Source: Chrysomallon squamiferum
Lineage: Eukaryota; Animalia; Mollusca
Direction of reading: 5' to 3'
Assembly (NCBI GenBank): GCA_012295275.1
Contig: CM022674.1
Span: 17,360,001-17,424,000 of the forward strand
Length of the DNA stretch: 64,000 nt
The translations under genes and the position numbers were made by a program. Shown here in pieces: positions 40,993 through 56,215 of the stretch. Below the pieces are notes generated by a model that saw only the letters and a program-made list of their open reading frames with translations, ran no database searches and was not told the origin of the DNA. The first letter of the stretch is position 1; each line of letters starts with the position of its first letter.

Positions 40993-42869
40993 GCTATTAT
41001 TATTATTATTATTATTTAAGTCTCAAACACCTCAACCACTTTTAAAAGATGTTGAAATTCAGGACAGATGAAGGTGTTGCCGGCGTATGACGTAAACAAG
41101 TATAAAAGACGCATACAAACCAACAAACAAACAGTTACATAGATGATAGATAGATAGAGAGATAGACAGACAGACATATAGATAGAAGGATGGATAGATG
41201 GATTGATGGATGAAAGGATGGTGAGATAGGTAGATCGTACACAAATCTAAAAACAAACAAAGAAAAGCGCACTTCAACAGATAATAAACAAGGAAAGGGA
41301 TACGCATATGTGGACATCTTTACACCGCATAAAACACACAAACGCACACCAAAAATACTTACGTAGAAAGGTATCAGTCCCAGTCGACGGTCTTCCTTCA
41401 AAAATATGTAGATACAAATATTTAATATTAAACATAAAAAAGAAAGAAATAATACTAATTTATATGAGTTACATTTTTGATAGGATCTTTAAAATGGTTT
41501 ACAAAAGAACAATTTAACATTAATACTATGAATGTAATTTGTACAAATATGTCTATATTTTTTATTATTATTTTCTTGCATTAATGATGTACAATATGTA
41601 AGTAATACTATAAAATACCAATATTTTACAAAATATTTACATCAGTGTTAAAGCAAAATTTTGACATAAATATAAAATGATATATAAAAAAATTGTTTAC
41701 AATGAAATTGTTGGACATATTGTACATTAAAATATATAAAAAAAAATATTTATTAGTATTATCAAAACAAGTTACGTTAATATGATGAATATTTTATATT
41801 GGTATTATAAATACATTCAACATTAATATTGTAAGTACTTTTCACTAATCCTGCTAATAATATGGATATTTTAAACGTTATTTACACACAAATAAAAACA
41901 TAATAATGTTTCAAAAAGCAAACCCCTCTTATACCATTAAAGACATTGTTTTTAACATTTGTTTACCTCTATTGCCCGTTCTAGAACGTGTCCCCGTAGT
42001 GAGAACTTCTCGTCAACATCCAGTTGTCTCATCTTGACAAAACCAATCATTCCAGCTTTCTCAACACACGAATGAGCCTGAAACGTGTCAAAGTAGATCC
42101 AGTAGTTTTCAATACGAAACGTCTCAGTGAAAACAAACTGGTAAGTAAAAGTGTGGAACCCAAGAAAACAGATATCAAGATAGATCGATAGAGGGACGAA
42201 TGAACAAAATACTCTGACTGATTAGGAGGCTCATATGGAGAGACTGACACTTATAAATTAATATACAGACAGAGAGATGGACGTACTGATAACGATACAC
42301 AGAAATATAGACAGAGATGGACGGACAGAGATAGAAAGACAAAAGTACAGAGGAATAGTTTTGAAAGACAGATAATACAGTAAGTAAATAAACTAACAAA
42401 CTGAACCATAAACAAGACATAATGAAGGACAGATCACATAAAATTAATACTGACTAGTTTTGACGAATAGGTTACGAGTCTCGATAACAACATTCTATCT
42501 TCGATGGAAGGGAGGCGACTCTTGATTTTGCCGATGGCGGCATGTCTGGCGGCGAGTAAGGCTACCAGCACACACTCGCTAGCTGATCCCTGGATATTCA
42601 ATATTAATTTTGTTTTAATGTTTACTCTAGATTTTGGAAATTAAATATGTATTTTTTTAATGCATACTGTAGATTTTGCAGATAAAATTGATCATTAACT
42701 TGTTATGACTATTTCAAATACCTTGAACCGTTAAATTTTGACTGTCAAACATGATGATCAAAATATCATATTTAAACGTCTGCCTGAGATATGTAGTTAT
42801 ATCTCTGTCTCTCTCTCTTTATCTATATGGATAGATACACAGATACATAGATGCATAGATAGTACACAG

Positions 42870-42907
<38 letters not shown>

Positions 42908-43149
42908 TTAACGATATAAAAACAAAACACTGGTAATTTTCTACGACGTCAAGTCAGACATTTTCTTCACTATCTGACAAGGCCTTATTGATTATCCATT
43001 TGATTGATAAGTTAACAGGTAGATTTATTTTAAAACTAATAAGAATCTAAAGGACACACCTATAGAATCTTTGTACCTGAATAACTCCGTCCCCTCTTCC
43101 TGATTCGTTCAAAAAGGTTTTGGGCAGACCAATCAGTTTTCCTGAAGTG

Positions 43150-43187
<38 letters not shown>

Positions 43188-43799
43188 GTCTGTGTGTGTG
43201 TTTGTGTGTGTGTGTGTCTATGTGTGTCTATATATATGTTTGTGTATGTATGCATATATATATATTTTATATCTGTTACATTGTATCAGCTGAATGACAC
43301 AGTTTTATGAATTAATGAATTAATGAGAAAATGAATCCACTTACATAAAAGCACATACAAACGTACACACATACGTACATGCATTCATATATACATACAC
43401 ATACATAGAGACATATATATATATATATATTAATATAAACATGTACATAGATATATATGTATGTTCGTATATAATACTACTGATATACTTGCCTACCCAG
43501 TGTAATTGTTTCAAGTTATATGCACGCTGGACTAGCAGCCTGGAGGAAAACGAAAATATTAAAACAAATTAAAAACGTAAACATCAAACCTCATCAAATC
43601 AAAACATCTGATACTTCCAATGAAAAACAGGAAGAAAAAACATACTATGCAATCAAAAGCTCTGATACGTGCCCATGAGAAACCTATGCAGCCAATGGCA
43701 TCGGACAACATATCTCCAAGGATGAATGGATACGAATTACCCGCAGGAAAGTAAGCGTGGAAGTCTGGATGCTGCCAGTGAGTAATCTGAAATATAAAA

Positions 43800-43877
<78 letters not shown>

Positions 43878-44228
43878 GACACACGCACACGCACACATAC
43901 ACATATACTTATATAAATATACACGTGTATTATATTCATTGATATACATAAAAACACACACACATCACACATACACACACACACATAGACACTCAGACAG
44001 ATATAGATGCACAAAAATGTATCTCACCCCAGGCATTATTGCTCGTTCAACATCCTTCATTATTTCTTCGAAATCTTCGCCTTTGTTCGGAGCGTTTTTC
44101 GGAAGCAGTTCCCTTAAATATCCGGGTTCGACGTCCGGTGTAACCTTGTGCAGATGCAAGTTTTCCATGTAGTCCGCAATATAGTCCACAAGGATTTTGT
44201 CACATTTTCGAAGTTCTAAAGATTCCAT
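39056..44228 (-). pseudogene. Tdc: Tyrosine decarboxylase (PLP-dependent aromatic amino acid decarboxylase family) pseudogene
   Basis: Exons 44228-44028, 43786-43673 (GC donor), 43539-43497 (TAA 43516-43518 and a 9-nt deletion in AASPACTELE..), 43141-43077, 42589-42455, 42077-41967, 41395-41363, partial ~41090-41031, ~40683-40616 (STNKWLQVNFDCS), ~40290-40200, 39932-39834, ~39157-39056. TDC-type motifs: [13 protein letters not shown], xNKW, VDPLYLQH, HWGIPL. Confidence 0.88.
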
Positions 44229-44250
44229 TGTTATCGAGCTTTGAAATAAC

Positions 44251-44341
<91 letters not shown>

Positions 44342-44369
44342 CAAATCGAATTTAAAGAAGAACAAGCAG

Positions 44370-46180
44370 CAGACGAGATTTATACCAGCTCACTTTGAAG
44401 GTGAAAGCGAAAAACGAAATTAGGTTGAGATCACAACAAGACCAAGAAAACCCAGAAGTGGTTTTGCATATTTTGCAAAAGATGTTTCAAGTTAGATCAT
44501 CCTTGCAGGAACTTCGGAATTTATTTTTTGATCGATCACAGAAGGAAGATGAATCACTAAGATGATTATGTTACTGTCTAGAGTGTACAGAAAAATCGCA
44601 GTCTGATACTGTTTCCAGGAGAGAATTTGCCAGAACTGTTTCTGACTGTCCTGTATTTCAAGTGCCAGTGGCAGGTGTGCAAGTTGATTTTGTTAAATAC
44701 TGGGTCAGTAGTAACCGAAGATTTCTTACACAATAACGTTGCTCCACTTGGTATACTGAGCTCCTTACAAAACAAGGATGGCTCTCGCTTCAGGCTGCCA
44801 GCGGATAGGATATTCCCTACTATGAATATATTAACTTGAACATCGAAGAACAAGGCAATTTAGTTCCTGATAGAGGAATCTTGGCTGTCAACAGACGCAA
44901 AAATCAACCCACACGGCTACGGAGGGAAGAAGTAGCACGTATATTAGGGATTAATATTATTAGCCAATGTGGAGAATTGTTTGCTGAAGACCTTGGTAAG
45001 AATGTCTTAAGGAAACTGAATAACAGGTCTCAGCATCAGAGCTGGATAACTAGTCTACAGACTGTCCAACATACGAAAAGTGTCTTAGATTCAGTCTGAA
45101 TACTCTGATGTATTTGGTAAAGATGACCTTGATTTGGGCTTTTCTGACACAGTTAGAAATCACATACGCACAAACCGACTGAAGAATTTCATCCATTCAG
45201 TATCAGGAACTTCAAGAGCACATCAAGAAATATATAAAACAAGATGTAATTCGACCTAGCCAAAGCCCATATGCATCTCCTGGTCTTATAGTGAGAAAAA
45301 TGGACAACACAATTGGTTTGTGTATGGACTACAGGCTGCTGAAAACCAAAACTTGGAATCACTGGTTACCACTCTTAGAACAGTCATTAGATGCTTTGCA
45401 TGGACCAAAATCGTTCACCGTATTGGATATGGCCAATGGATACAACCAGGTTGCAGTTCAGGATAAAGACAAGGACAAAACAGTTTTCACGACTCCAATG
45501 AGTTTGTTTTAGTACAGTCCAATACCTTTTGGTTTACCAACAGCACCAGCCACATTTCAAAGTCTCCTGAAACATTACTTCAGAGAGCTGACATTTTGGA
45601 TGTTACTAGACCTTCTGTATTGTATTTTTGTTATGTAAATGTATTTGATGTGTACATACAGAGACAAACACGGGTATTTATAATGTTAAAACAGCATACG
45701 TTCAAACTGAAACCAACCAAATTCTGTTTACTTATAACAGAAATGAAATATCGAGGACATATATTATCTAGAGATGGGGTAGCTACAGATCAAGACAAAA
45801 TAAAAGCAGTTGCTGAATGGAAAATTCCAAAGACAGCAAAGGACTTCATGTTGTTTTCCGGGTTTACCAGTTACTATAGACGACATGTTAAAGGATGCTT
45901 ACATATTGCAAGACCTTTACATTCTTTGGCGAACAGGTTACTAGATAAGAAAAATCAATCATTGTTAAATAGTGCTTGGCATGAGAGTTGTCAACAAGCT
46001 TTCGAAACATTAAAGAAAAAAGTTATATTCAGCTCCAATCAGTGAACCTTTTATTCTGGAACTGATGCATTTTTTCAAAGCCCTGGACGGGTAGAGTCAC
46101 AGGAGAAGAAGGGGCAAAGCAAATTAGCTGCATATGCAAATCCTCTTGTTAAGACCCACTGAGAAGAGCATGAATAATTA
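44370..46180 (+). mobile_element. Decayed Ty3/gypsy LTR retrotransposon pol remnant
   Basis: Protease-like LLNTGSVVT; RT motifs PSQSPYASP..VRKMD..CMDYR, LDMANGYNQ, PFGL..APATFQ; GFTSYYRR; RNase H PFILETDA. YxDD lost; many stops. Confidence 0.9.
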
Positions 46181-46526
46181 CTTGTAATTATAGGTATGTA
46201 TATATAAATGTATTGGTGTATTATTATTTGTATGATACATACGTAATTCAGTCTCTCTCTTTCACTCTCTCCACATTCATCAAAAGTGTATGTTAAAATA
46301 CTAATTTATTCTGACAATAAACTAAATATATTCAGTATACACACTCCATTGCTCACCTACATAAGGCGTAGTTGTGTAATCAGATACTGCAGATATGTTA
46401 CAATAAAGTCGTATCATGGAAAGTTGACAAAAGATGAAAAAGGTGAAATATTTATATATAATTATTGTACGTTTTTAACACATAGTGTTGTCGTCGTCGT
46501 TATTGTTGTTGTTTTTATCATTATTT

Positions 46527-46564
<38 letters not shown>

Positions 46565-46799
46565 GATGTTGTTGTTGTTGTCTACTTTTAGCTCGATGAT
46601 ATTACCGATGACGATGGTGATGATGATAATGATAACAATAAACTAATATAATATTCACCATCAACATACACATAATATGTATAACCATTCATTTAGAAAG
46701 TGATGCAAACATATCCATCCATCCATCCATACATGCATGGAAACATACAAAAATACTCGGATACGTGAACAATCTTTGTTTTTCTTTCTTTTTTTTTTT

Positions 46800-46975
46800 T
46801 CGTCTCGATAGCGGAACGGTAACATCATGCGCCTTCCGAGTACGGGTGATGGGTGTCATACGGTCAAGTTTCCTCAGCGGCATCTGACTGAGTTTGTGAG
46901 GTCGTGACCGGACTTTGTTTCCTGAGCCAGTGCGTAACCGAATATTGTCTATGTGCAGAGTCTAATCAGATGTAC
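46800..46975 (+). mobile_element. SINE-like element
   Basis: Shares three sequence blocks with 5690-5850. Confidence 0.5.
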
Positions 46976-47389
46976 ATAAGACGGAAAATATTCAAATCCT
47001 TAAATACCTACATGCATACATTCACATACTAACATAAATAATATGTAAATGCATGGACATATTTATAAATATATATTATTTTTTTATTTATCACAGATGT
47101 TAACATTTCAAAGCTGGAGTTATTGCAGACAAAATATAAACAGAATAATATAAATAGAATAACAAAAACTACTTACGATGCACGGAAGATGGATGCAACA
47201 GGCCTGTTTCTTCGTTATGTATCTTAGCTCATTAGAAAAGTGAATTATGACACTAATAACAACAGCGGCAGCACCAACAACAGTTGCAACAGAAATAAAT
47301 AAATAATTCAGTTAGAAATTTGTATCACTATGTTTCTTTCACTATATTTTATATGTGTATATATATATATATATATGCATTGCATAATT

Positions 47390-47589
47390 NNNNNNNNNNN
47401 NNNNNNNNNNNNNNNNNNNNNNNNNNNNNNNNNNNNNNNNNNNNNNNNNNNNNNNNNNNNNNNNNNNNNNNNNNNNNNNNNNNNNNNNNNNNNNNNNNNN
47501 NNNNNNNNNNNNNNNNNNNNNNNNNNNNNNNNNNNNNNNNNNNNNNNNNNNNNNNNNNNNNNNNNNNNNNNNNNNNNNNNNNNNNNNNN
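47390..47589. other. Assembly gap (200 N)
   Basis: Run of n. Confidence 1.
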
Positions 47590-48490
47590 TGTCTTTGTAC
47601 AGTCCATTTAGTAACTATTCTAAAACTTAATAGCTGTTGAGATTAAATGTTATGTTTCTTTTATTTTTATTTTTAAATGAATTTTTTAAGATTATATACA
47701 TACGTACATACACAGACACATACATCGTACATCCATGTTTTCCATAAAGAAAAGAAACAGACATACATATATATATATATATATACACGCACACACACAG
47801 TCACACACACATACACACATACATATAAACACATACACACCTACTTGGACAGTTATATATATATATATATACACACACACACTCACATATACACATACAC
47901 ATGTATACAAAAACTATACATACATTAACATATGCAGTTATACTCTCATATTTATACATACAAACATTAATGTTCAAATAAGAGTTTATTGAATTATATT
48001 AATAAACTACTAGAACACATTAACAACAGAGAATCTTAAATGGTTTTATATCAGTCTACAGCTTTGCTAATGGGAGATAAATCTGCCAAGAAAAACACAT
48101 AATATTGTCTACCATAGTTCTTAAAAGGCATTATGGGTAAAGTATAAAAATATATTATCTTTATTTAATTTTTTATTTATTTATTTATTTATTTATTATC
48201 ATTATCAGTACTTTATATAAATAATCATTATATGTATAAGATTTTTATTTTTATATTAAATCTCTCATTTTTGCATTAAAATGTTCACATAAAGATTCAC
48301 CAATACCAAGTTAAAAGTTTATTTTCCTTTTGAAATAAAATCTTGGTCTTCTACATCCATGTTTTTCTTACAGAAATGGGAACAGGCTGATACAAATTCA
48401 ATAATTTCTATTTATTGTTCAGTTACTGACTCTTGTTCATAACAATAATGTCTGCCATTTTTGTTACAAGGAATTGTGGGTAAAACTCAC

Positions 48491-49775
48491 AGCAGCAGTC
48501 TTCCTTTGTACAGTTCTGTCTTAGTGGCTGTATCATTTTTGTCAGTCCAAAATCAGCAACCTGAAATGTTATAAAAATTTTAATTTATTTAATTATTATT
48601 ATCTACCTTGTTTGAAACAAACCTTGAAAATAATAAGAAATTTTATTTTACAATACTGAATGTAAACGATTATTGTGTTCTGTACCATGAATTAAAAACT
48701 CTTTGACAGCAGAAAAACAAAATATTATAGCAAGCGTGCTTTAACATCTTTAATGTAAAAGGTGAATGAAAAGAAATATAACTCTGCAGTGAGATTTTAA
48801 TTTTTTGATTTATTTGTTTTGTGATTTGTACCAAGTGTTATAACATTTATTTGTATAAATAACTTTGTGTTACTAGGTAAATAGGTTAGTTATGGAAAGG
48901 ACTTAAAATTCATCATTATTCGATTAGAACATCAGTAAAAAATAAAACAATTAATTGATGTACCAAGTGTTCTAACATTTATTTGTTGTTGTTCTAGGTA
49001 AATAGGTTAGTATTGAGAGGACTTAAAATTCATCATCATTGTTTGGGTAAAAATAAAACAATTTTGTTTATTGTTTTTTTTTTTTTTATTTGTTTTTTCT
49101 TTATTTGTATTTTTAACTTTTTGTTTTATTATTATTATTTTTGTTTATTTTACAAAAAAAATTCAAAATATTCAAATTAAATATCATACATTTATTGAAA
49201 TTTTCTTCAAAATTGAAAATAGTTCTGCAAATAACAAAACTATAATGACAATACCAACAACAACACCAACAGCAACAATAACATTTTAGTTATATGTGAT
49301 GAGTTGTTCAACTATTATTCAAGTATTTCATTTAGAAAATATTTTTCTACAAATGAATTCCAAAATATTGAAAGTTATGTGTTCATGTCATGACTAGAAG
49401 ATATTTTTTTCTTTTCTTTTCTGATTTTTTTATATATTTTTTTTTTTTTTCTTTTTCTTTTTTTTTTTCTTTTCTTTCTTTTCTTTTTTCTTTTCTTTCT
49501 TTTTTTTTTTTCTTTTTCTTTTTCTTTTGGCCGAGGAAGGGAATTATTTTTTTTTATTTGTGTTTCTCTGATTACTCAACCTTGTCTGGTTATTTTTTCG
49601 TTCTATTTTTCTTCCTCTATTATATATATATACTTTTTTTAATTCTGATATCAGTTCAAGGCTAATTCTTCTCCAAGACCCAAGTATTTACAAAGGTGGG
49701 CAACTTAAATTACAAACAGAGCATAAAAATAAACAACCTGAACCAAGCAACATATATCATGTGTCAATGATAATA

Positions 49776-49824
<49 letters not shown>

Positions 49825-50091
49825 GCTGCTACTACTACCACTACTACTGTAGCAACCACAGTAGTAGAAACAGTATAGGAGCAAGAATAGCAGTAATACT
49901 GTCAATACTGATAGTAGTTGTTGTTGCTCTTGTTGCAGCTGTAAAAGCATGAATGCTGCAGCAGCAACATTAATTGTAGTAGTATTACCATTATTATTAG
50001 TAGTACTAGTAGTAGTAGAAATGTAGTAGTAGTAGTAATAGAAGTGGTAGTATATTTATTATGATTATTATTATTATTATTATTATTTTTA

Positions 50092-50158
<67 letters not shown>

Positions 50159-51681
50159 AATACATTTACCTGAATTATTGACAGTCAAACAGCCATTTGG
50201 ACAACAGCACAGGTGATGAAGTTCTGCTATCTATAAACAAATAAACAAATATATTTGAAAAATGCATCCAGTAAAATAATAAATTAAAAAAATAATGAAT
50301 ACAGCAACAAACCATGAAGAAATGGACACAAAATTATTATTTTTTCAACAAAGCTTACATGTGAAGCAAAAAAAATGGAGAAGAAGAAAAGATGTCTTTT
50401 AGTTTATACTACAAAATGAATGCACATTTTTAAAATCCCATATTTTAAAATTACTAACCTTACAAAGAGTGCCAAAAATTCCTGTTTTCAAATTCCAAAA
50501 TTTACAATTATTATTTTTGATTTTTAAAATTAACACTGGACCTATTTTTAAAATACTTTATATGAAGTTCCCAAATTTTACATTTAAAATTACATACCAC
50601 ATTTCCAACACCAGAATCTTCAATAATTTTAAACAAACCATCATCAGGTTCTTTTCTCGTTGCATCACAAATTAACTTAATTATTTTCCTTTGTTGCACT
50701 GAATTAAAAAAAAAAAATGGTTTACATAAATATATAAATAAATTAATGTTATTCTTTTTATTTACATCAAACTCATTTTTGTTTAAATGTTACTTTTGAT
50801 GCTTCTATGTGTTGTTTGTGTGTGTGTGTGTGTGTCACCAATGTTTATAAATATAAAATTTTGTAAATTATATACCATGAAAATAAAAGTATGTTGTTAT
50901 GCTTATAAATATCAGACCACTATCTATCGAATGCAACAACACTATTTTTATATATATCTTTATAAATCAAACATGTACACATTAAAAATTAATTCTTATT
51001 ATTTAAAAATGATATCTGCAAGTATTTATATACATTAAAAGCAAATTATTTTTATTTACAAATATTAAATTTGCATATATAGCAATCTGAAAGACCATAA
51101 ATTCAAATATTCACAAATATAAGATTTTTTTTACCTCTATATTCAGTAAAAATAAATTCTAATAATTTATTTATGAATATAGTGAATAAATGTTTGTTAA
51201 TTCAAATACAACTGAAACATTATTTTGTTTAGAAATATGAGATTTCAATCTACATATATCAAGCAAAAACATATTTCAATGTTTGTTAAGATGAAATATG
51301 TACAGATCAGTATGCAACAAAACTAATTAATTCTGATTATAAATACTGAATTGTTTATAAAATTCAAATTTTATTTTTGTTTTTAATATTATGAACAGAA
51401 AATGTGTCTGTATCTGTATTCAGTAAAAACAAATACTTTTTTTCATTGTACATAATAATGAAGTTTGTACATGCTTATAAATCTAGTGAAAATAAATTCA
51501 AATATTTATCTACATGCAATCTGCATGTACCTATCAGCATTAAGAACAAAACTGTTTATTTAAAATTTTTAGATCTTTGCTACCTGTAATCTTCAAAACA
51601 AATATATTTAGATATATAAATTACAATTTTAACATACTTTCAATAAAACCATGTTCTTTTCTTTGTAATTTATTTTCTGTT

Positions 51682-51718
<37 letters not shown>

Positions 51719-51774
51719 TGTTGTTGTTTTGTTGTTGTTGTTCTTCTTCTTTCTTCTTCTTCTTCTTCTTCTTC

Positions 51775-51811
<37 letters not shown>

Positions 51812-52557
51812 TACTAAAGTAGCAGAAATAGCATGATTATTATTTTTTTTTTTTCATCATCATCATCATCATTACTGATCTTATTATAATTTCTAAATGT
51901 AACTGTACATACATAAATTAAAAACAAATTCTTATATCGATAAAACCTAAAATGAAATTTAAGAAACGTTGCTGTATATTTCCAATTACTAAATACAAAT
52001 AATGATCCACTGATAAATATGAAGTGTGTAAGTACTTGTCTCCAGTAAAGACCAGTGCTGAGTTGGTGTGGTTGTTGCTGATATCTCGAATGACTCGGAA
52101 CTTGGCGTAGTTCTGCAAACCAAGAGTAAAATATTGTTTCTGTTCTTTGATGTTGAACTTACATACCTGATAAAAAAAAAAAAAAAAAAAAAAAAAATGA
52201 AAAAAAATGAAACATTTTGTAGCTGACAGTTAAACATTAATTAATAATTATAGAAACAGAGAGCAAAAATGTGAGTAAGTGAAAGACAGACAGTGAAAGG
52301 GAGAAAGAAAGAAAGGTATAAACAGGGAAAAAGAAATACTGATGGAGAATGAGAAACAGAAAAAATGAGAGAGATATAGAAATAGAGTGATAGAGAATAA
52401 GACAGAGACAGTGAGAGAGAGAGAGAAAGAGAGAGAAAAAATGAGAGAGTAATATATGGGGTAGCAAATGATAGAGAAAGAGAGAAAAAATAGAGATGAA
52501 AACAAAAAGTGAGTTGTAGAGAGAGAGAAAGAGACAAAGAGAGATGAAAAGAAAAAG

Positions 52558-52622
<65 letters not shown>

Positions 52623-52893
52623 ATTTGGATTGGATGTAGAATATCTAAATGTCTAAATGTACATGTTTAAATATTATATTTATGAATGTGTATGTATGTG
52701 AAATGGACATATGTCAGTTAATGGGATCCATGTTAATGTAGATATAAGTAAACAACACATTTTTTTCACTGCAACTAAATAACATCCATACCCTTGCACA
52801 ATGTCAGTGTTGACTTGAGACATGTTGTGTGATAAACATGGGTTAAAAGTATAGTTGTAAGACTTCCCTGTAAATAAATAAATAAACAAATAA

Positions 52894-52981
<88 letters not shown>

Positions 52982-53098
52982 AAGTTTGTAGGTCATTTCA
53001 TAATAAATAAAAAAATATTAAGAAATAGATCTACACAAAATACATTGAAGATATTTTCTCACAGTTACTTTATAAATAATCTTCAACACATTTTAATT

Positions 53099-53141
<43 letters not shown>

Positions 53142-54136
53142 ATTTTTTTTTTTTTTTTTAAATTTGAAATGTTTGAGTGGTTACCAAAAAAATAATACCT
53201 TGACAGGTCATGGTAAAGAAAAGAATTGGTGAAGTGTGAAATATGAAACATAATAACCACAATAAACAACAACAAAAATTGAAATTGTAAATAGTAAAAT
53301 CCTATTTTATTATCTGATGTTAAAACCACAATATTGCTGAGAATGATAATGTTGATGATGAAGATAATAATTATGATGATTATCTTGATGAGAATAATAA
53401 TGCTGCTGCTGGTGATGATGATTATAATAATAGATGATGGTGCAGATGATAATCCATGGTTGAATGTTACCAGTGATAGCAGTGTTGGTAGTCAAAGTAA
53501 TAATGTTCTTGTGGTTGTGGTTTAACAGTACATGGTAAAGTTAGTGTTTGTGTTAGTGGTTTTGACTGTAAGACCAGTTACAAAACAGTTTTGAAGAATA
53601 AGCATATTCAGTTTTAAATAATATGTCAGAATAAAAATTAATAATTTCAGTCAAAATTCATTTTAATTTTGTTATGATTTATTTATTTAGCTATTTTTTT
53701 TCTTCTTAATATTTATTATTACAATGCATGTATTTATTTATTCAATTTATTTTAAAGAAATAATCCTCTTTTTATTACTTACAAAAAGAACCCCAGTGTA
53801 GTTAAGTTAATTTAGTTGTGCTTGCATAACAAAAATAAGAAGCAGCATTTATAAAAATTCGTATACATTACAAAAATCTGCATGCATTACCTCGGCAAGC
53901 CATCACTGCGTTGTAAACTTTTCAAATCAATTATGTCTCTTGTGCTTATAACCAGTTTACATGAGCCTAAACGGGACAGCTACATAGTCATTAGAAACGG
54001 CAGATTCAGGTGAATTAATCAGCATAAAGACGACAAAACTAATGATTAGCGAACTCATCGCATTTCTTCTCACATACGAGAGTTCCGATAACAACCACCG
54101 ATCGAAAACTGCTGGTGTGATGTCACTGTTCGACAT
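48491..54136 (-). pseudogene. MRH-like ectodomain + kinase gene, copy 2 (disrupted)
   Basis: Exons 54136/54058-53891 (MSSLIISFVVFMLINSPESAVS; 8-nt deletion near 53969), 53198-53185, 52867-52770, 52166-~52036, 50698-50598 (QRKIIKLICDATRKEPDDGLFKIIEDSGVGNV), 50230-50170 (IAELHHLCCCPNGC), then 48560-48491 (VADFGLTKMIQPLRQNCTKEDCC). TM and N-lobe exons are absent. Confidence 0.72.
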
Positions 54137-54555
54137 TTACTAAAATCGGGTCATAAGCTTTATTAGGTCAGGTCGTCCTGTCAATAATTAAGCTTCTTGA
54201 AATTCATTGGTTAACATATTTTTAAAAATGACCGGCCGAGTCTGCAATAAACCACGCCCAATATCATTGTTATTTTAAATACGTGCTCTTAATCCTTGGC
54301 TAGAAGCAAGTGTAAATATTTCAAATAGGATTAAAGATATTTTGTACTGATTAACTGTAGTTATGTAATTTAAATGTAATAATGCCACAGAGACAGCAGC
54401 ACTCAAAAATTAAGCTAAATGTTTTTCTTTGGTTCTTTTTTTCAAATTTCATGCGGATGGTTGATAAAGGGAAGCAACCAGTAAAGTGTATATAATGAAA
54501 GCTGTTGCTGTTAAATCCCTTTGACATACGGATTGCGCTGGCAGTATAATAATTT

Positions 54556-54586
<31 letters not shown>

Positions 54587-54639
54587 TTTTTTTTTTTTTT
54601 TGTTTTTTGTTTAGTTAACAGATTGGTATTATATTTATT

Positions 54640-54697
<58 letters not shown>

Positions 54698-54719
54698 ATT
54701 TGAGGTGTTGATTATGGTG

Positions 54720-54765
<46 letters not shown>

Positions 54766-55394
54766 CTTTGTCATAAAAAAAGATGGAACGAATATTACGA
54801 AGAAGGAAAAGAAGAAATAGCATTTAAAATGATCAGCTTGTCATTAGGCCTATACATTTCTTTTTATTTTATTTTATTTTATTTTATTTGTATAGTTTAA
54901 TTTTAATGTAGTTATGTGTGAAAATACAAGTTTTCTCATTAAGAAATATCCAAACACATTTGAAACAGTAATAACCCCAAGCACAGCGACAGGGAACGAT
55001 CACCCAACCTTCAGCACGATATACTCTTAATTTTCAGATGTCATTATAGTTTCCATAGATCACGTGACCAAGGACAGCGACACGTGTTTAAAGTGGCCTG
55101 CTCATAGTGTTTTCAGTAATGGACATGTAGATCGATTGGTATTAACTCCAGATGCTTTCCGCAATAAATATTAAAATCCAGTTTAATACGTCCACAGCTG
55201 TTGGTGCGACATTACAGGGCGGAAAAAAAAACAAAAGGGCTAAAAAACATGGTATGAATGGCCTAAAAATTTCATTTTGTTTGTTTGAGGTTATTATTTT
55301 TTTATTTTATTATTATTATTATTTTTTTTTGTTTTTTTTTTTTTTTGTTTTTTTGTTTTGTTTTTTTTTTTTTTTGTTTTTTTTTTTTTTTTCG

Positions 55395-55432
<38 letters not shown>

Positions 55433-55448
55433 TTTTTATTTATTTATT

Positions 55449-55479
<31 letters not shown>

Positions 55480-56174
55480 GTGTCTAGAATGACAGTGTAT
55501 TATTCATGGACAGACGATATGACAGGAAGATACTGAATATCAGAAAGATTTCTAGCTACAAACAACACCAGAAAATATAGAAATTACAATGAAACCTTTT
55601 TTCGAATGAAAGTTCATCTACATGTTATTAAAAATGTGTAAACACTGAGTGAAGCCCAACAACATATTAGTTCCAGAAGCGAGATATCTAAGTGAAGCGT
55701 GCATACAACCCATTCTTAAACTGACACCCTGCAGTCTTCATTAACTGCGCAAATACAATTTTCTGTCTATTTATAGATGCCACAAAGGATGTTTTGGCCT
55801 TCTGTTCCTTTCAAATATTTAATAATCGACAATGAACTAAACCAAACACGTTTATTTAAATAAGTTATGTTACTGAAACAATGACATTTATTATATTAAT
55901 GTTGGTATTTCCCTGTCTATAAATAGCAAGAACCGTAACTCTGGATGAAATTATCTGCAACGGTTCAGTGTGTAAACCAGTGTATTTGATGCATTGAATT
56001 TGTAGAGAGACAGAATGTATTCCCTAGCGAAATCCTCAGCTTAAGTATGTTGTGTTTGTGTCTGTTTTTATATGTTTATACCTAGTGTGTCTGCATAATT
56101 AATGTGTATATAATATTGTTATAATGTTTGAATGTATCTGCGTGTCTTTGTATATTCATTTGTATGTGTGTGTG

Positions 56175-56215
<41 letters not shown>

